From Fidelibacterota bacterium (lineage in GTDB: Bacteria; Fidelibacterota; Marinisomatia; Marinisomatales; AB-629-J13), in contig DASCRE010000140.1 of NCBI GenBank assembly GCA_034408645.1, positions 1 through 37,086 on the forward strand: a DNA stretch of 37,086 nucleotides, written 5' to 3'. This document shows positions 19,394-28,729 of the stretch, one piece after another (position 1 is the stretch's first letter; each line of letters opens with the position of its first letter). The notes under the pieces were generated by a model. It worked only from the letters and a program-made list of their open reading frames with translations, did no database searches and was not told where the DNA came from. The translations under genes were made by a program, and so were the position numbers.

Positions 19394-19954
19394 TTACAGT
19401 TTTGATTGTAAATGAATAGGGGGGGGGAACTCTAACAGATGTTCCTCTAAGTTACCTTTTATGTATTTTGTATTTAAATTATTTATATAGTCCATCGCAG
19501 ACAGCTGTGAATCTGGATGAGTAGAGAGATTTGTAATTTTACTGATAATAATTATTCCAAATATCCAGCATGAAAGTAGTAGAAGACCTAATTTCATTTT
19601 ACCCCTTTTAATCTTAGGAGTTTTGTCTGTTTCAATAATTTTTCCCCCTGATATGCTTTTCGGTATAGTAAGGAGGGTTTCCGATATTTTATTTCTATTT
19701 TCTTTTTTTAATTTTGGTGAAAATTTTCTATCAATTTGTTCAAATTGATTCAGTAATTTTTCCGGATTTAAACCAATTTCAGTACTATAGGCTCGAAAAA
19801 ATAGTCTAATATATGGTTTGGGAAGAAGATCAAACTCTCCATTTTCTAAAGCAATTAAAAATTTAATGTTAATTTTTGTTCGAGTTTGGATTTCTTCTAA
19901 TTCGATTCCACGCTGAATACGTGTATCCTTGAGTATTTTATAAAAATCAGACAT
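19394..19954 (-). CDS. Helix-turn-helix + single-TM protein, RodZ-like N-terminal part
   Basis: 186 aa. It has an N-terminal XRE-type HTH typical of RodZ (LKDTRIQRGIELEEIQTRTKINIKFLIALENGEFDLLP), a basic linker and a TM helix (LGLLLLSCWIFGIIIISKI). The ORF terminates 8 codons after a C9 run. Confidence 0.75.
   Translation of the reverse strand: MSDFYKILKDTRIQRGIELEEIQTRTKINIKFLIALENGEFDLLPKPYIRLFFRAYSTEIGLNPEKLLNQFEQIDRKFSPKLKKENRNKISETLLTIPKSISGGKIIETDKTPKIKRGKMKLGLLLLSCWIFGIIIISKITNLSTHPDSQLSAMDYINNLNTKYIKGNLEEHLLEFPPPIHLQSKL
19419..19427. repeat. G9/C9 homopolymer inside the RodZ-like gene
   Basis: Nine consecutive G on the plus strand (agg ggggggg aac). It is the only long G/C homopolymer I noticed in this AT-rich window, and it lies exactly at the junction of the two RodZ-like ORF frames. 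Confidence 0.9.
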
Positions 19955-20232
19955 AATCTAAAAGGTGGAATTTAAACTGAATATTTCAACAATAAAGATG
20001 TAAATGATTTCATTATAAAGGTATATAATGGAGAATCCGAACATAAAAACTTAATATAGCAACAGAGTACTTATTTGGTATTAATAGGTGATTTAATTTA
20101 CAGAAATGCTTTATTGAGAAAAATCTTAAGGTTGGTTATCTAATTTATAATGCAATATATTACGGATAGAATATCTTTTAATACATATAAAAAAAATATT
20201 AGAATTGCGGGCTATACTCGAACCATAATTTT

Positions 20233-21576
20233 ATGTTTGATAAGATCACTGATAAATTCACCACTGTTTTTCAATCCTTAAGAGGGCTGGGGAAGATTAC
20301 GGAAACGAATATCCAAACTACGGTACGGGATATACGAATTATTTTGTTGGAAGCGGATGTAAACTACAGCATTGTAAAATCGTTTATTGAAAAGGTAAAA
20401 ATTCGTGCTGAAGGAACGAAAGTTATTAAATCTATCAAGCCTGGTGAGCAGTTCATTAAAATTATTCATGATGAATTAGTTTCTCTATTAGGTGGTACAG
20501 TTTCTCCGTTAATATCGGGAGGGAAGAACCCAAAAACTATATTGCTGGCAGGATTGCAGGGTTCTGGTAAAACCACCACAGCAGCAAAAATTGCCAATTA
20601 TCTGAAAAACAAGGGATGTACAAGCTTGTTAGTAGCTGCAGATGTGTATCGCCCTGCGGCAATTGAGCAGTTAAAAACTTTGGGAGAGCAGGTAGATATA
20701 CCTGTTTTTTCTTTAGGTAAATCTGATCCAGTTATCATTTGCAAGAAAGCAGTTTCTGAAGCAATTTCTCTTGGGCTCGATTATGTTATTTTGGACACTG
20801 CAGGACGATTACATTTGGATGGAGAAATGATGGAAGAAATTCAATCTATCTATGAAAAAACACATCCTGATGAGATATTATTTGTGGTGGATGGTATGAC
20901 AGGTCAGGATGCAGTTAATTCAGCAAAAATATTTTCTAAAACCTTATCACTTACTGGGACTATACTTACTAAAATGGAGGGAGACAATCGTGGAGGTGCA
21001 GCTGTATCAGTGACTGAGGTTACAGGAGTCCCCATAAAGTTTCTCGGGGTTTCAGAAAAAATGAATGGGTTAGAGGTATTTGACCCCATACGGATTGCAG
21101 ATAGAATTTTAGGGTTAGGCGATGTAGTTTCGCTAGTTGAGAAAGCGCAGGAATCTATAGATAAGGATAATGTGCAATCCATCCAAAAAGTGCTTTCCGG
21201 AAAAGAATTTGATTTAAATGATTTTATATCTCAGATTAGGCAAATTAAGAAGATGGGTTCACTGACCCAGATTGTTGGAATGCTGCCTGGAGTGAACAGA
21301 AAAATGATGAAAAAGATGAATTTGAATGAGAAACAGTTGGTGTGGTCAGAAGCTATAATTCAATCTATGACTGTTCAAGAACGATGCCAACCCAAAATAA
21401 TAAACGGTAGCAGGCGAAAACGGATTGCAGAAGGTTCGGGAAGAACCATTCAAGAGGTAAATAAATTAATAAAAGAATTTTTCCAAATAACAAAAATGAT
21501 GAAACAGATGAGCAAAAAAGCATTTCCTCAGATGAGAATGAAAAAATCTGGATTACATTTTACGACACTTAATTAA
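20233..21576 (+). CDS. ffh: Signal recognition particle protein Ffh
   Basis: 447 aa with GTPase motifs GLQGSGKTTTAAK, DTAGR and TKMEGD, plus a Met-rich C-terminal M domain (MGSLTQIVGMLPG...MMKKM). Confidence 0.96.
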   Translation: MFDKITDKFTTVFQSLRGLGKITETNIQTTVRDIRIILLEADVNYSIVKSFIEKVKIRAEGTKVIKSIKPGEQFIKIIHDELVSLLGGTVSPLISGGKNPKTILLAGLQGSGKTTTAAKIANYLKNKGCTSLLVAADVYRPAAIEQLKTLGEQVDIPVFSLGKSDPVIICKKAVSEAISLGLDYVILDTAGRLHLDGEMMEEIQSIYEKTHPDEILFVVDGMTGQDAVNSAKIFSKTLSLTGTILTKMEGDNRGGAAVSVTEVTGVPIKFLGVSEKMNGLEVFDPIRIADRILGLGDVVSLVEKAQESIDKDNVQSIQKVLSGKEFDLNDFISQIRQIKKMGSLTQIVGMLPGVNRKMMKKMNLNEKQLVWSEAIIQSMTVQERCQPKIINGSRRKRIAEGSGRTIQEVNKLIKEFFQITKMMKQMSKKAFPQMRMKKSGLHFTTLN

Positions 21577-21587
21577 GGAGATACAGT

Positions 21588-22340
21588 TTGGCTACTCGAA
21601 TACGATTAAAACGGTTAGGACGTAGGAATAAACCTTTTTACCGCATCATTGTCATAGATTCAAAGAAGAGGCGTGATGGTGCTGCCATAGAAGAAGTTGG
21701 ATGGTATGATCCTATTCTTAAAAAAGACAAGAATTTTATTCTAGAAGAAGATCGCATTTTACATTGGCTTTCTCAGGGAGCACAGCCAACAGATATAGTG
21801 AAGAATATGATGAAAAAAACGGGTTTATCCCATCGATGGCACCTAATAAGATTGGGATTAAGTGATGATGAAATTGAAAGGAATATGCAAAAATGGCAAT
21901 TAGACAGAGAATTAACTTTGAAACAAAGGGAAGAAAAAGAGTTGGAAAAATCTGTTTTAAAAAAGAAGGAAGCTGAAAAAGAGAAAGAAGTAGAGGAAGA
22001 GGTAAAAGTTGCCATTGAATCTAAAGATAATGCTGAAGATTCAGAAGAGGAGCCGATGGATGGAACTGACGATGAGTCAAGTGAAGATAAAGAGACTGAG
22101 GCTGTAGAAGAGGGTTCTGATGATAAATCAGAGGAGAATGATGAATCTGCGGAGGAAACGGATACAGTTGATACTAATGCTGATGATAAATCAGAAGAGG
22201 AGCCGATGGATGGAACTGACGATGAGTCAAGTGAAGATAAAGAGACTGAGGCTGTAGAAGAGGGTTCTGATGATAAATCTTCAGAATTAAAAACAAATAA
22301 AAATTTAAATAGTAAAAAAGATAATAAATCGTCGGGTTAA
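21588..22340 (+). CDS. rpsP: 30S ribosomal protein S16 with ~165-aa acidic C-terminal extension
   Basis: TTG start 7 nt after the SD AAGGAG. The N-terminal ~85 aa are canonical S16 (ATRIRLKRLGRRNKPFYRIIVIDSKKRRDG...GWYDP). The rest is a Glu/Asp/Ser/Lys-rich tail containing a duplicated 30-aa block. Confidence 0.9.
   Translation: MATRIRLKRLGRRNKPFYRIIVIDSKKRRDGAAIEEVGWYDPILKKDKNFILEEDRILHWLSQGAQPTDIVKNMMKKTGLSHRWHLIRLGLSDDEIERNMQKWQLDRELTLKQREEKELEKSVLKKKEAEKEKEVEEEVKVAIESKDNAEDSEEEPMDGTDDESSEDKETEAVEEGSDDKSEENDESAEETDTVDTNADDKSEEEPMDGTDDESSEDKETEAVEEGSDDKSSELKTNKNLNSKKDNKSSG
22041..22279 (+). repeat. Direct repeat: two identical 89-bp copies (22041-22129 and 22191-22279), period 150 bp, inside rpsP
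   Basis: Both copies read tcagaagaggagccgatggatggaactgacgatgagtcaagtgaagataaagagactgaggctgtagaagagggttctgatgataaatc. Each encodes SEEEPMDGTDDESSEDKETEAVEEGSDDKS. Confidence 0.9.
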
Positions 22341-22382
22341 AAATTTAGATATGAGGAACTAAACCAAAAGGAGAGGTGCGAT

Positions 22383-22619
22383 ATGAAGGAATTTATTGAA
22401 ACGATCGTAAAACAGTTGGTTGATAAACCAGACGAAGTTGAAGTAAACGAAGTCGAATCTGAAAAACGAGTTATTTATGAACTAATGGTTGGTGAAGGTG
22501 ACTACGGAAAGGTTATAGGGAAAAAAGGAAAGAATATAGGTGCAATTAGATCTCTCATATTTGCCATTAATGCCAAGGAAGGCGGTAAACGTGCTAGATT
22601 GGATGTGATTGATAGATAA
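22383..22619 (+). CDS. KH domain RNA-binding protein (UPF0109/YlqC family)
   Basis: 78 aa with the motif GKVIGKKGKNIGAIRSL (GxxG KH loop). A strong SD (AAGGAGAGGTG) lies upstream. The position between rpsP and rimM is conserved. Confidence 0.88.
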   Translation: MKEFIETIVKQLVDKPDEVEVNEVESEKRVIYELMVGEGDYGKVIGKKGKNIGAIRSLIFAINAKEGGKRARLDVIDR

Positions 22620-22624
22620 ATGTT

Positions 22625-23125
22625 ATGAGAAAATTGTTTGCGATTGGTAAAGTAACCAAAGTGTCTGGTCTAAAAGGAGAAGTACGGTGTAAACCTTTAT
22701 CTCGCTATTTTGAAGAGTATATAGATGAGAAACCGCTGTTTTTGGGTTTTTCTGAATCAATCAATACATCGATTGAATTAGAAACAATTATCCCTTCGGG
22801 TAAGCGTCCCAAATATCGTTTTTGTGGTGTGAATACACAAAAATCTGCTCAGTCCATAATTGGTCAATTTGTGTATGCTGGAGTATCAGAACATGATAAA
22901 ATTAATTGGATATCTGAGGAATTGATTGGTTTTGAAGTTGTGACTACAGATAGTACATGGGTAGGAATTTTAAAAGAAATATTATGGCTTCCTTCGAATG
23001 ATGTTTATGTTATTCAAAACGAAAAGCGGGAATTTCTTGTTCCGGTTGTACCGGAGATTGTGAAAAACCTTGATTGGGAATGTGAAACCCTGATTATTTC
23101 ACCAATGGAAGGACTATTAGATTGA
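22625..23125 (+). CDS. rimM: 16S rRNA processing protein RimM
   Basis: 166 aa with the N-terminal GKVTKVSGLKGEVR pattern and a PRC-barrel-like C-terminus (EFLVPVVPEIV). It lies between the KH gene and trmD. Confidence 0.88.
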   Translation: MRKLFAIGKVTKVSGLKGEVRCKPLSRYFEEYIDEKPLFLGFSESINTSIELETIIPSGKRPKYRFCGVNTQKSAQSIIGQFVYAGVSEHDKINWISEELIGFEVVTTDSTWVGILKEILWLPSNDVYVIQNEKREFLVPVVPEIVKNLDWECETLIISPMEGLLD

Positions 23126-23844
23126 AACGATTTGCAATCATAACACCGGTTCCGGAGCTTATCAATACGATAATTCAGGAAACAATTATAAGGAAATCGG
23201 TTGAAAACGAAATAGCAGAGATTAATGTTGTTAATTTGCGAAATTTCACTAAAGGAAAATATCGACAGGTTGATGATGAGCCATATGGAGGTGGTGACGG
23301 TATGGTGATGATGGCTGAACCATTCTTTAAAGCGATTGATTATACAGTTTCTTTGTGGAATGAATATGATGATTTACGAATCGTTTATCCAACCCCTCAA
23401 GGTGAACTTTGGTCCCAAAATACTGCTCAGGAATTTAGCATGAGGGAAAATGTTATTTTTCTATGTGGTCATTATAAGGGGATTGATGAACGTGTAATTG
23501 AAAAATATGTAACTCATGAGTTTTCCCTTGGAGATTATATCATATCAGGCGGGGAGTTATCTTCTATGGTGATGCTTGATAGCATCATTCGTATGGTTCC
23601 TGGAGTCTTAAACTCTTACGAGTCAGCACTTTCTGATTCGTTTATGAATGGGCTTTTGGATACACCGTATTATACAAGACCACGAGTGGTTGATGGCGTT
23701 AAAGTTCCGGAAGTTTTATTAAATGGAAATCATAAACAAATTGATACCTGGCGTGAGGAGAAAAGGGAAAAACGTACTGCTGACAGAAGAAAAGATTTAT
23801 GGGAAAAATATAATTCCCCGATAAGTAATGGAGAAAAAAAATGA
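23122..23844 (+). CDS. trmD: tRNA (guanine37-N1)-methyltransferase
   Basis: 240 aa from a TTG start overlapping the rimM stop (TTGA). It carries TrmD motifs ([48 protein letters not shown]). Confidence 0.94.
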   Translation: MKRFAIITPVPELINTIIQETIIRKSVENEIAEINVVNLRNFTKGKYRQVDDEPYGGGDGMVMMAEPFFKAIDYTVSLWNEYDDLRIVYPTPQGELWSQNTAQEFSMRENVIFLCGHYKGIDERVIEKYVTHEFSLGDYIISGGELSSMVMLDSIIRMVPGVLNSYESALSDSFMNGLLDTPYYTRPRVVDGVKVPEVLLNGNHKQIDTWREEKREKRTADRRKDLWEKYNSPISNGEKK

Positions 23845-24182
23845 ATAAAATACAAGAAGTAACAAAAGAGTTTTTAAAGGATGACCTTCCACAATTTAGA
23901 GCAGGTGATAGGGTTTCTGTTGATTATCGTGTTATTGAAGGGGGTAAAGAACGAATACAGAAATTTCAAGGGGATGTCATCGGTAAAAAAGGTGGAAGTG
24001 TAGAGGCATCATTTATTGTTCGAAAAATTTCAGGTGGTGTGGGAGTTGAGAGAATATTTCCGCTTCATTCACCTATGGTGGCTAAAATAACAGTTTTACG
24101 CAGAGGAAAAGTACGCCGAGCTAAATTGAATTATCTAAAAAAATTAAAAGGAAAAGCCGCTCGGATATCAGAAAAAAGGTAA
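23841..24182 (+). CDS. rplS: 50S ribosomal protein L19
   Basis: 113 aa with L19 signatures ([38 protein letters not shown]). The start overlaps the trmD stop (ATGA). Confidence 0.95.
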   Translation: MNKIQEVTKEFLKDDLPQFRAGDRVSVDYRVIEGGKERIQKFQGDVIGKKGGSVEASFIVRKISGGVGVERIFPLHSPMVAKITVLRRGKVRRAKLNYLKKLKGKAARISEKR

Positions 24183-24206
24183 TTGGGATATTTCTAGATA
24201 AAATTA

Positions 24207-24239
24207 CCCTCACAATTGTTGTTTATGTGAGGGTTTTTT
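24207..24239 (+). terminator. Rho-independent terminator after rplS
   Basis: Stem CCCTCACA (24207-24214) pairs with TGTGAGGG (24226-24233), followed by T6 (24234-24239). Confidence 0.8.
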
Positions 24240-24271
24240 ATTACATACTACCCATATTCTAAAAATATCAT

Positions 24272-25444
24272 TTGAGTTATAAAGAAAAGATAATTCTAGG
24301 TATCACTACAGGTTCCCATATGAGTGTTCACAGTATGATGCTCATTTTTCCAACGATTATGTCGGTTTTGAAAAATGAATTTTCCACAGGACTTGCCACA
24401 TTGGGAATGGTGGTTTCACTTAGTACTTTTGTTTACGGTTTGGGAGCTTTACCAACTGGTTTTTTAGAAAGGAAATATGGTGCCACTACTTTATTATTAA
24501 TCTATCAGATTGGTACTATAATTTCTACGTTTTTCATTGCCATTTCTCAGTCGTTACTGACCTTAACCATAGGTTTGATTCTTGCAGGACTTTTTGCCAG
24601 TATATATCATCCTGTAGGGTTAACATTGATTTCCCATCACATAATAAAATTATCCAAAGGAATGGCAGTTCATGGAATTGGTGGTTCATTAGGGCTTGCA
24701 CTGGGTCCTATACTTGGTGCTGGGTGTACAGTACTTGTTTCATGGAGATTTGCCTATATTGCAATTTCAATTGTGAATATATTATTATTAGTGATAACCC
24801 TAATATCTTCAAAATACTGGCGTGATACTCTTTTTAGAGACACTCAAGAAAATAAAATCAAAAGTAAAACCAATAAACCTGCCCTGAAATATTATTATGC
24901 AGTATCAGTTCTTATGGGATTTACTTTTACCGGATTTACAACATTTATGCCAACCCATCTTGCGTTTGAAGCTCGATCAATCTTACAAGGTGTTTCTGAC
25001 ACAATGAGAGGAGGAATATTTACAACCCTTGTCCTGTTATCAGGCATAGTAGGACAAGCAATGGGAGGTTGGGCTGGAGCAAGAGTGCCTTTAACAAAAT
25101 ACTTGTTTTGGGTTGTTTTATTTAACATTCCTTTTTTGATTTTGTTGGGGCTGGTTTCAAACTATTGGCTTATCGGTACTGCTTTATTTCTGGGAATTAT
25201 ACATTTTAATTGGCAGCCTGTGGCAAATTCACTCATAGCACATTTAACCCATTCATCTCACCGGGGACTAGGATATGGGATCAATTTTTTTCTGAACATT
25301 GGGCTCGGTGCAGGGGCAGCTGCGATTGGGGGATTCATTGCAGAAAAATTTGGAGTGACATATATCTTTCCGATGATGGGAATCGTGTTGTTTCCTGCCT
25401 TAATTTTATCTTGGATTTTGATTGGAAAAGTGGAAGAAAAGTAG
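24272..25444 (+). CDS. MFS-type transporter (substrate unknown)
   Basis: 390-aa hydrophobic ORF with roughly 12 predicted TM segments in two halves separated by a basic loop (KYWRDTLFRDTQENKIKSKTNK). The TTG start at 24272 is uncertain. An in-frame ATG at 24320 is the alternative. Confidence 0.75.
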   Translation: MSYKEKIILGITTGSHMSVHSMMLIFPTIMSVLKNEFSTGLATLGMVVSLSTFVYGLGALPTGFLERKYGATTLLLIYQIGTIISTFFIAISQSLLTLTIGLILAGLFASIYHPVGLTLISHHIIKLSKGMAVHGIGGSLGLALGPILGAGCTVLVSWRFAYIAISIVNILLLVITLISSKYWRDTLFRDTQENKIKSKTNKPALKYYYAVSVLMGFTFTGFTTFMPTHLAFEARSILQGVSDTMRGGIFTTLVLLSGIVGQAMGGWAGARVPLTKYLFWVVLFNIPFLILLGLVSNYWLIGTALFLGIIHFNWQPVANSLIAHLTHSSHRGLGYGINFFLNIGLGAGAAAIGGFIAEKFGVTYIFPMMGIVLFPALILSWILIGKVEEK

Positions 25445-25478
25445 ACAGATTTTGACGGTTATTTACCGCTAATTTAGA

Positions 25479-26852
25479 ATGAATCAAAAACAATTAAAAG
25501 CGTTGCCTTCTGTTTCTGAGGTATTACTTGAAGTAAATCGCTTAATAGATCTTGATAAAAGGATATTGACTCTTTGGATTAATGAAATCTTAGAGAAGTA
25601 TAGATTTAGTGCAAAAAAAGGTAAATTGAAGCAGAACAGAAAAAAAATTATCCAGAAGATTGTTCTGACTATTATAGAAAAATCACAAGGGAGTTTAAGA
25701 TCTGTTATTAATGGAACAGGAATCGTTCTTCATACAGGTTTAGGAAGGGCACCTATCCATCATCAAGTTATTAAAAAAGCTTCAAAAGCAATGGAAGGAT
25801 ACTCAAATTTAGAATTTCATTTGGGGTCCGGTAAAAGAGGAAATCGTCAATCTCATTTATCCTGTTATTTGAGAGCTCTAACTGGTGCAGAATCGGCTAT
25901 AGTAGTGAATAATAATGCAGCAGCAGTTTTATTGGGAATCAATACATTGGCAGATAAAAAAGAAGTGATTGTTTCCCGCGGTCAGGAAGTAGAAATAGGT
26001 GGATCATTTCGAATCCCTGATATCATTGAAAAAAGTGGAGGGATATTAAAAGAAGTTGGAACTACCAATAGAACTCACAAGAAAGATATTGAGAAAGCTA
26101 TAAATACCAAAACAGGACTATTACTTTGGGTTCATACATCTAATTATAAAATCCAAGGATATACGCAAGATTTATCTCTAGAAACCCTTGTAGAAATTGG
26201 TAAGAGAAAACGGATTCCTGTCATGGCAGATTTAGGTAGTGGTACTCTACATAATATCTCAAGTTTGGGACTCCCAAGTGAATTATCTGTTTGGGAAATT
26301 ATGAAAGTAAAGCCCCAACTCATTACTTTTTCGGGAGATAAATTATTGGGAGGACCCCAGGCAGGGATAATATTAGGATCTAGAACACATATAAAAAAAT
26401 GTAATCAAAACCCCCTTTACCGGACAGTTAGATGCGATAAATTAACGATCTCCCTACTGGAGGAAACTTTAAAATTATTAGGCAGTCAAAAACAGATTAA
26501 ACACAATTTAGCATTATCCTTATTGTTAACCTCCGGAAAACAAATAAAACGGAGAGTAAATCGTACGTTAGCCTCACTACCTCAAAATCTTGTTCGATCA
26601 TTCGGGATATCCGCTATTGAAACAAGAGTTGAAGCAGGAAGTGGTTCCCTTCCAATAAAGACCTTGCCCAGTGCTGCTTTGGTGTTTTCTCCAAAAAAAG
26701 TTAAACCGACAGTGTTGGCCGAAAAATTCAGAAAAGGTAATCCACCTTTAATTGGATATATTCACAGAAATAAATTTTATATTGATTTCAAATCTGTACT
26801 TTCCAAACAGGATAAAATTATCATTCAGCTTGTTCAGGAAAACCTTTCATGA
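25479..26852 (+). CDS. selA: L-seryl-tRNA(Sec) selenium transferase
   Basis: 457 aa with the N-terminal LKALPSVSEVL, NNNAAAVLL, SRGQEVEIGGSFRIPD, and the PLP-lysine region TFSGDKLLGGPQAGI. Confidence 0.93.
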   Translation: MNQKQLKALPSVSEVLLEVNRLIDLDKRILTLWINEILEKYRFSAKKGKLKQNRKKIIQKIVLTIIEKSQGSLRSVINGTGIVLHTGLGRAPIHHQVIKKASKAMEGYSNLEFHLGSGKRGNRQSHLSCYLRALTGAESAIVVNNNAAAVLLGINTLADKKEVIVSRGQEVEIGGSFRIPDIIEKSGGILKEVGTTNRTHKKDIEKAINTKTGLLLWVHTSNYKIQGYTQDLSLETLVEIGKRKRIPVMADLGSGTLHNISSLGLPSELSVWEIMKVKPQLITFSGDKLLGGPQAGIILGSRTHIKKCNQNPLYRTVRCDKLTISLLEETLKLLGSQKQIKHNLALSLLLTSGKQIKRRVNRTLASLPQNLVRSFGISAIETRVEAGSGSLPIKTLPSAALVFSPKKVKPTVLAEKFRKGNPPLIGYIHRNKFYIDFKSVLSKQDKIIIQLVQENLS

Positions 26853-28729
26853 ATCAGATTGTCGTTGGTACTGCAGGGCACATTGATCATGGTAAAACTG
26901 CTCTTGTTAAAGCTTTAACTGGAGTAAATACCGATAAATTGCTTGAAGAGCAGAAACGTGGAATGACTATTGATTTGGGATTTGCATTTTTAAATGACCG
27001 TATTACCATCATTGATGTACCTGGTCATGAACGTTTTATCCGGAATATGGTAGCGGGTGTCTCTACTATTGATTTTGTAATCTTGGTGATAGCTCTTGAT
27101 GATGGAATCATGCCCCAAACCACGGAGCATTTAAATATTATCGATTTATTGAGGATCCCCGATGGAGTCATAGTTTTGACTAAAACAGATTTAATCGAGG
27201 ATAATCAATGGGTGCAGTTGGTTAAAGATGATATAAAAGAAAAGATAAAAGGAACCAATTTAGAAGGCAAACCTATCATTAAGACTTCTGTCAACACTGA
27301 TGAGGGAATTAAGGAATTACATGATTTACTTAGTTCTTTGAAAGGAGTTAAGGATAAATCTCAAAGTGATGTTACTTTTAGATTACAGATTGATCGTGTC
27401 TTTCACAAAACTGGATATGGACTAATCATCACTGGAACGGTACTATCTGGAAATCTTACAACTGGGTCAACAGTTGGAGTTCAGCCCTCAAATAAAATGG
27501 GGAAAGTTAGAGGACTGCAAAGTCATGGTGAACCAGTTGATTTTGTTTATAAGGGAGATAGGGCAGCCGTTAATTTGACTGGAATTGAATTATTTGATGT
27601 CTGGCGTGGTTCAGAACTTGTGACACCTAGGTCCATTCAACCAACTCATCGAGCCATTGTCCATATAGAATTAATTCAAATTACAAAATGGAAACTAAAG
27701 GCTCAACAACATATTCGGATTCATTTAGGAACATCAGAATTATTAGCTAAGATTGTATATATCCCTAAAGCAATTTGTGCCGGAGAATCCATAAACGCAG
27801 TATTGAAATTTAATAAACCGGTTACCACAGCATTGGATGATCGTTTTATTATACGGACTTATTCTCCTATGGATACAATTGGAGGGGGAAAAATTTTAGA
27901 TAAAGATCCAGAAGGAAATTGGAAAAAAATAAAAGTTCGATGTCAAGAGCTATCCAAACAGATATCAGAACGTTTCTCTCAATTTGTGACATATTCAGAG
28001 AATGCGCCAAAATCATTAGCATTTTGGGCTAATAAATTTTCAAAATCCAAGGACTACATTCATCAATTAGTTGAAAATAATCAGTTGGTTAATAAAGGTA
28101 ATATGGTATTTTCTGAAGAGGGAAAAGAAAATTCAAAAAGAGCTATTGTAGATTATTTAACCATTTTTCATGAGAACAATCCATATCGTACATTTATTAA
28201 TTCAGAATCTGTGAGGAATGATTTAGGATTCAGTCGATCTTGGCACGATTATATTGTATCAGAATTAGATGAAAAGGAAATAAAACTTCAACAAGGTAGA
28301 TTGACTCTAAAATCTCACAAAATTAAATTGTCCAAAAAGGATGAAAAAAGTTTGGCGCAAATTAAACATATTCTGTCCAACACTGAATTTCTACCAATTT
28401 CATTAAATGAAATTGAAGAAAAAATCCAACACGAATCTTTTCAGATTCTTGAATTACTACATGTGTTAAAACGTCAAGGGCATTCACTAGATATTTCAAA
28501 TCGACTGTGGATGAGCAAACCTGATTTAGATAGATTGATTGAAAAACTTGATGAATACTTTATTTCGAATGAAGTATTAAGTGTAGGGGAATTTAAATCA
28601 ATGACAAATCTTACACGTAAGACGGCTATTCCTCTTCTAGAATATTTGGATAAATCTGGTATAACATTCCGGAGGGGAAATGAGCGCATTCAGGGATTAA
28701 AATTTCCTTCAAGATCCAAACATGTGTGA
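26849..28729 (+). CDS. selB: Selenocysteine-specific translation elongation factor
   Basis: 626 aa with GTPase motifs GHIDHGKTALVKALTG, DVPGHERF and LTKTD, plus the long C-terminal winged-helix-type extension expected for SECIS binding. The start overlaps the selA stop (ATGA). Confidence 0.92.
   Translation: MNQIVVGTAGHIDHGKTALVKALTGVNTDKLLEEQKRGMTIDLGFAFLNDRITIIDVPGHERFIRNMVAGVSTIDFVILVIALDDGIMPQTTEHLNIIDLLRIPDGVIVLTKTDLIEDNQWVQLVKDDIKEKIKGTNLEGKPIIKTSVNTDEGIKELHDLLSSLKGVKDKSQSDVTFRLQIDRVFHKTGYGLIITGTVLSGNLTTGSTVGVQPSNKMGKVRGLQSHGEPVDFVYKGDRAAVNLTGIELFDVWRGSELVTPRSIQPTHRAIVHIELIQITKWKLKAQQHIRIHLGTSELLAKIVYIPKAICAGESINAVLKFNKPVTTALDDRFIIRTYSPMDTIGGGKILDKDPEGNWKKIKVRCQELSKQISERFSQFVTYSENAPKSLAFWANKFSKSKDYIHQLVENNQLVNKGNMVFSEEGKENSKRAIVDYLTIFHENNPYRTFINSESVRNDLGFSRSWHDYIVSELDEKEIKLQQGRLTLKSHKIKLSKKDEKSLAQIKHILSNTEFLPISLNEIEEKIQHESFQILELLHVLKRQGHSLDISNRLWMSKPDLDRLIEKLDEYFISNEVLSVGEFKSMTNLTRKTAIPLLEYLDKSGITFRRGNERIQGLKFPSRSKHV

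Noticed and set aside
19955-20232. 278-bp divergent intergenic region between the RodZ-like gene and ffh, searched for selC, ffs (SRP RNA) or another RNA gene
   Set aside because: It is extremely AT-rich with no T-arm (GTTCRANYC) or acceptor-like pairing, and only trivial ORFs of 8 aa or fewer. It is most simply two divergent promoter regions.
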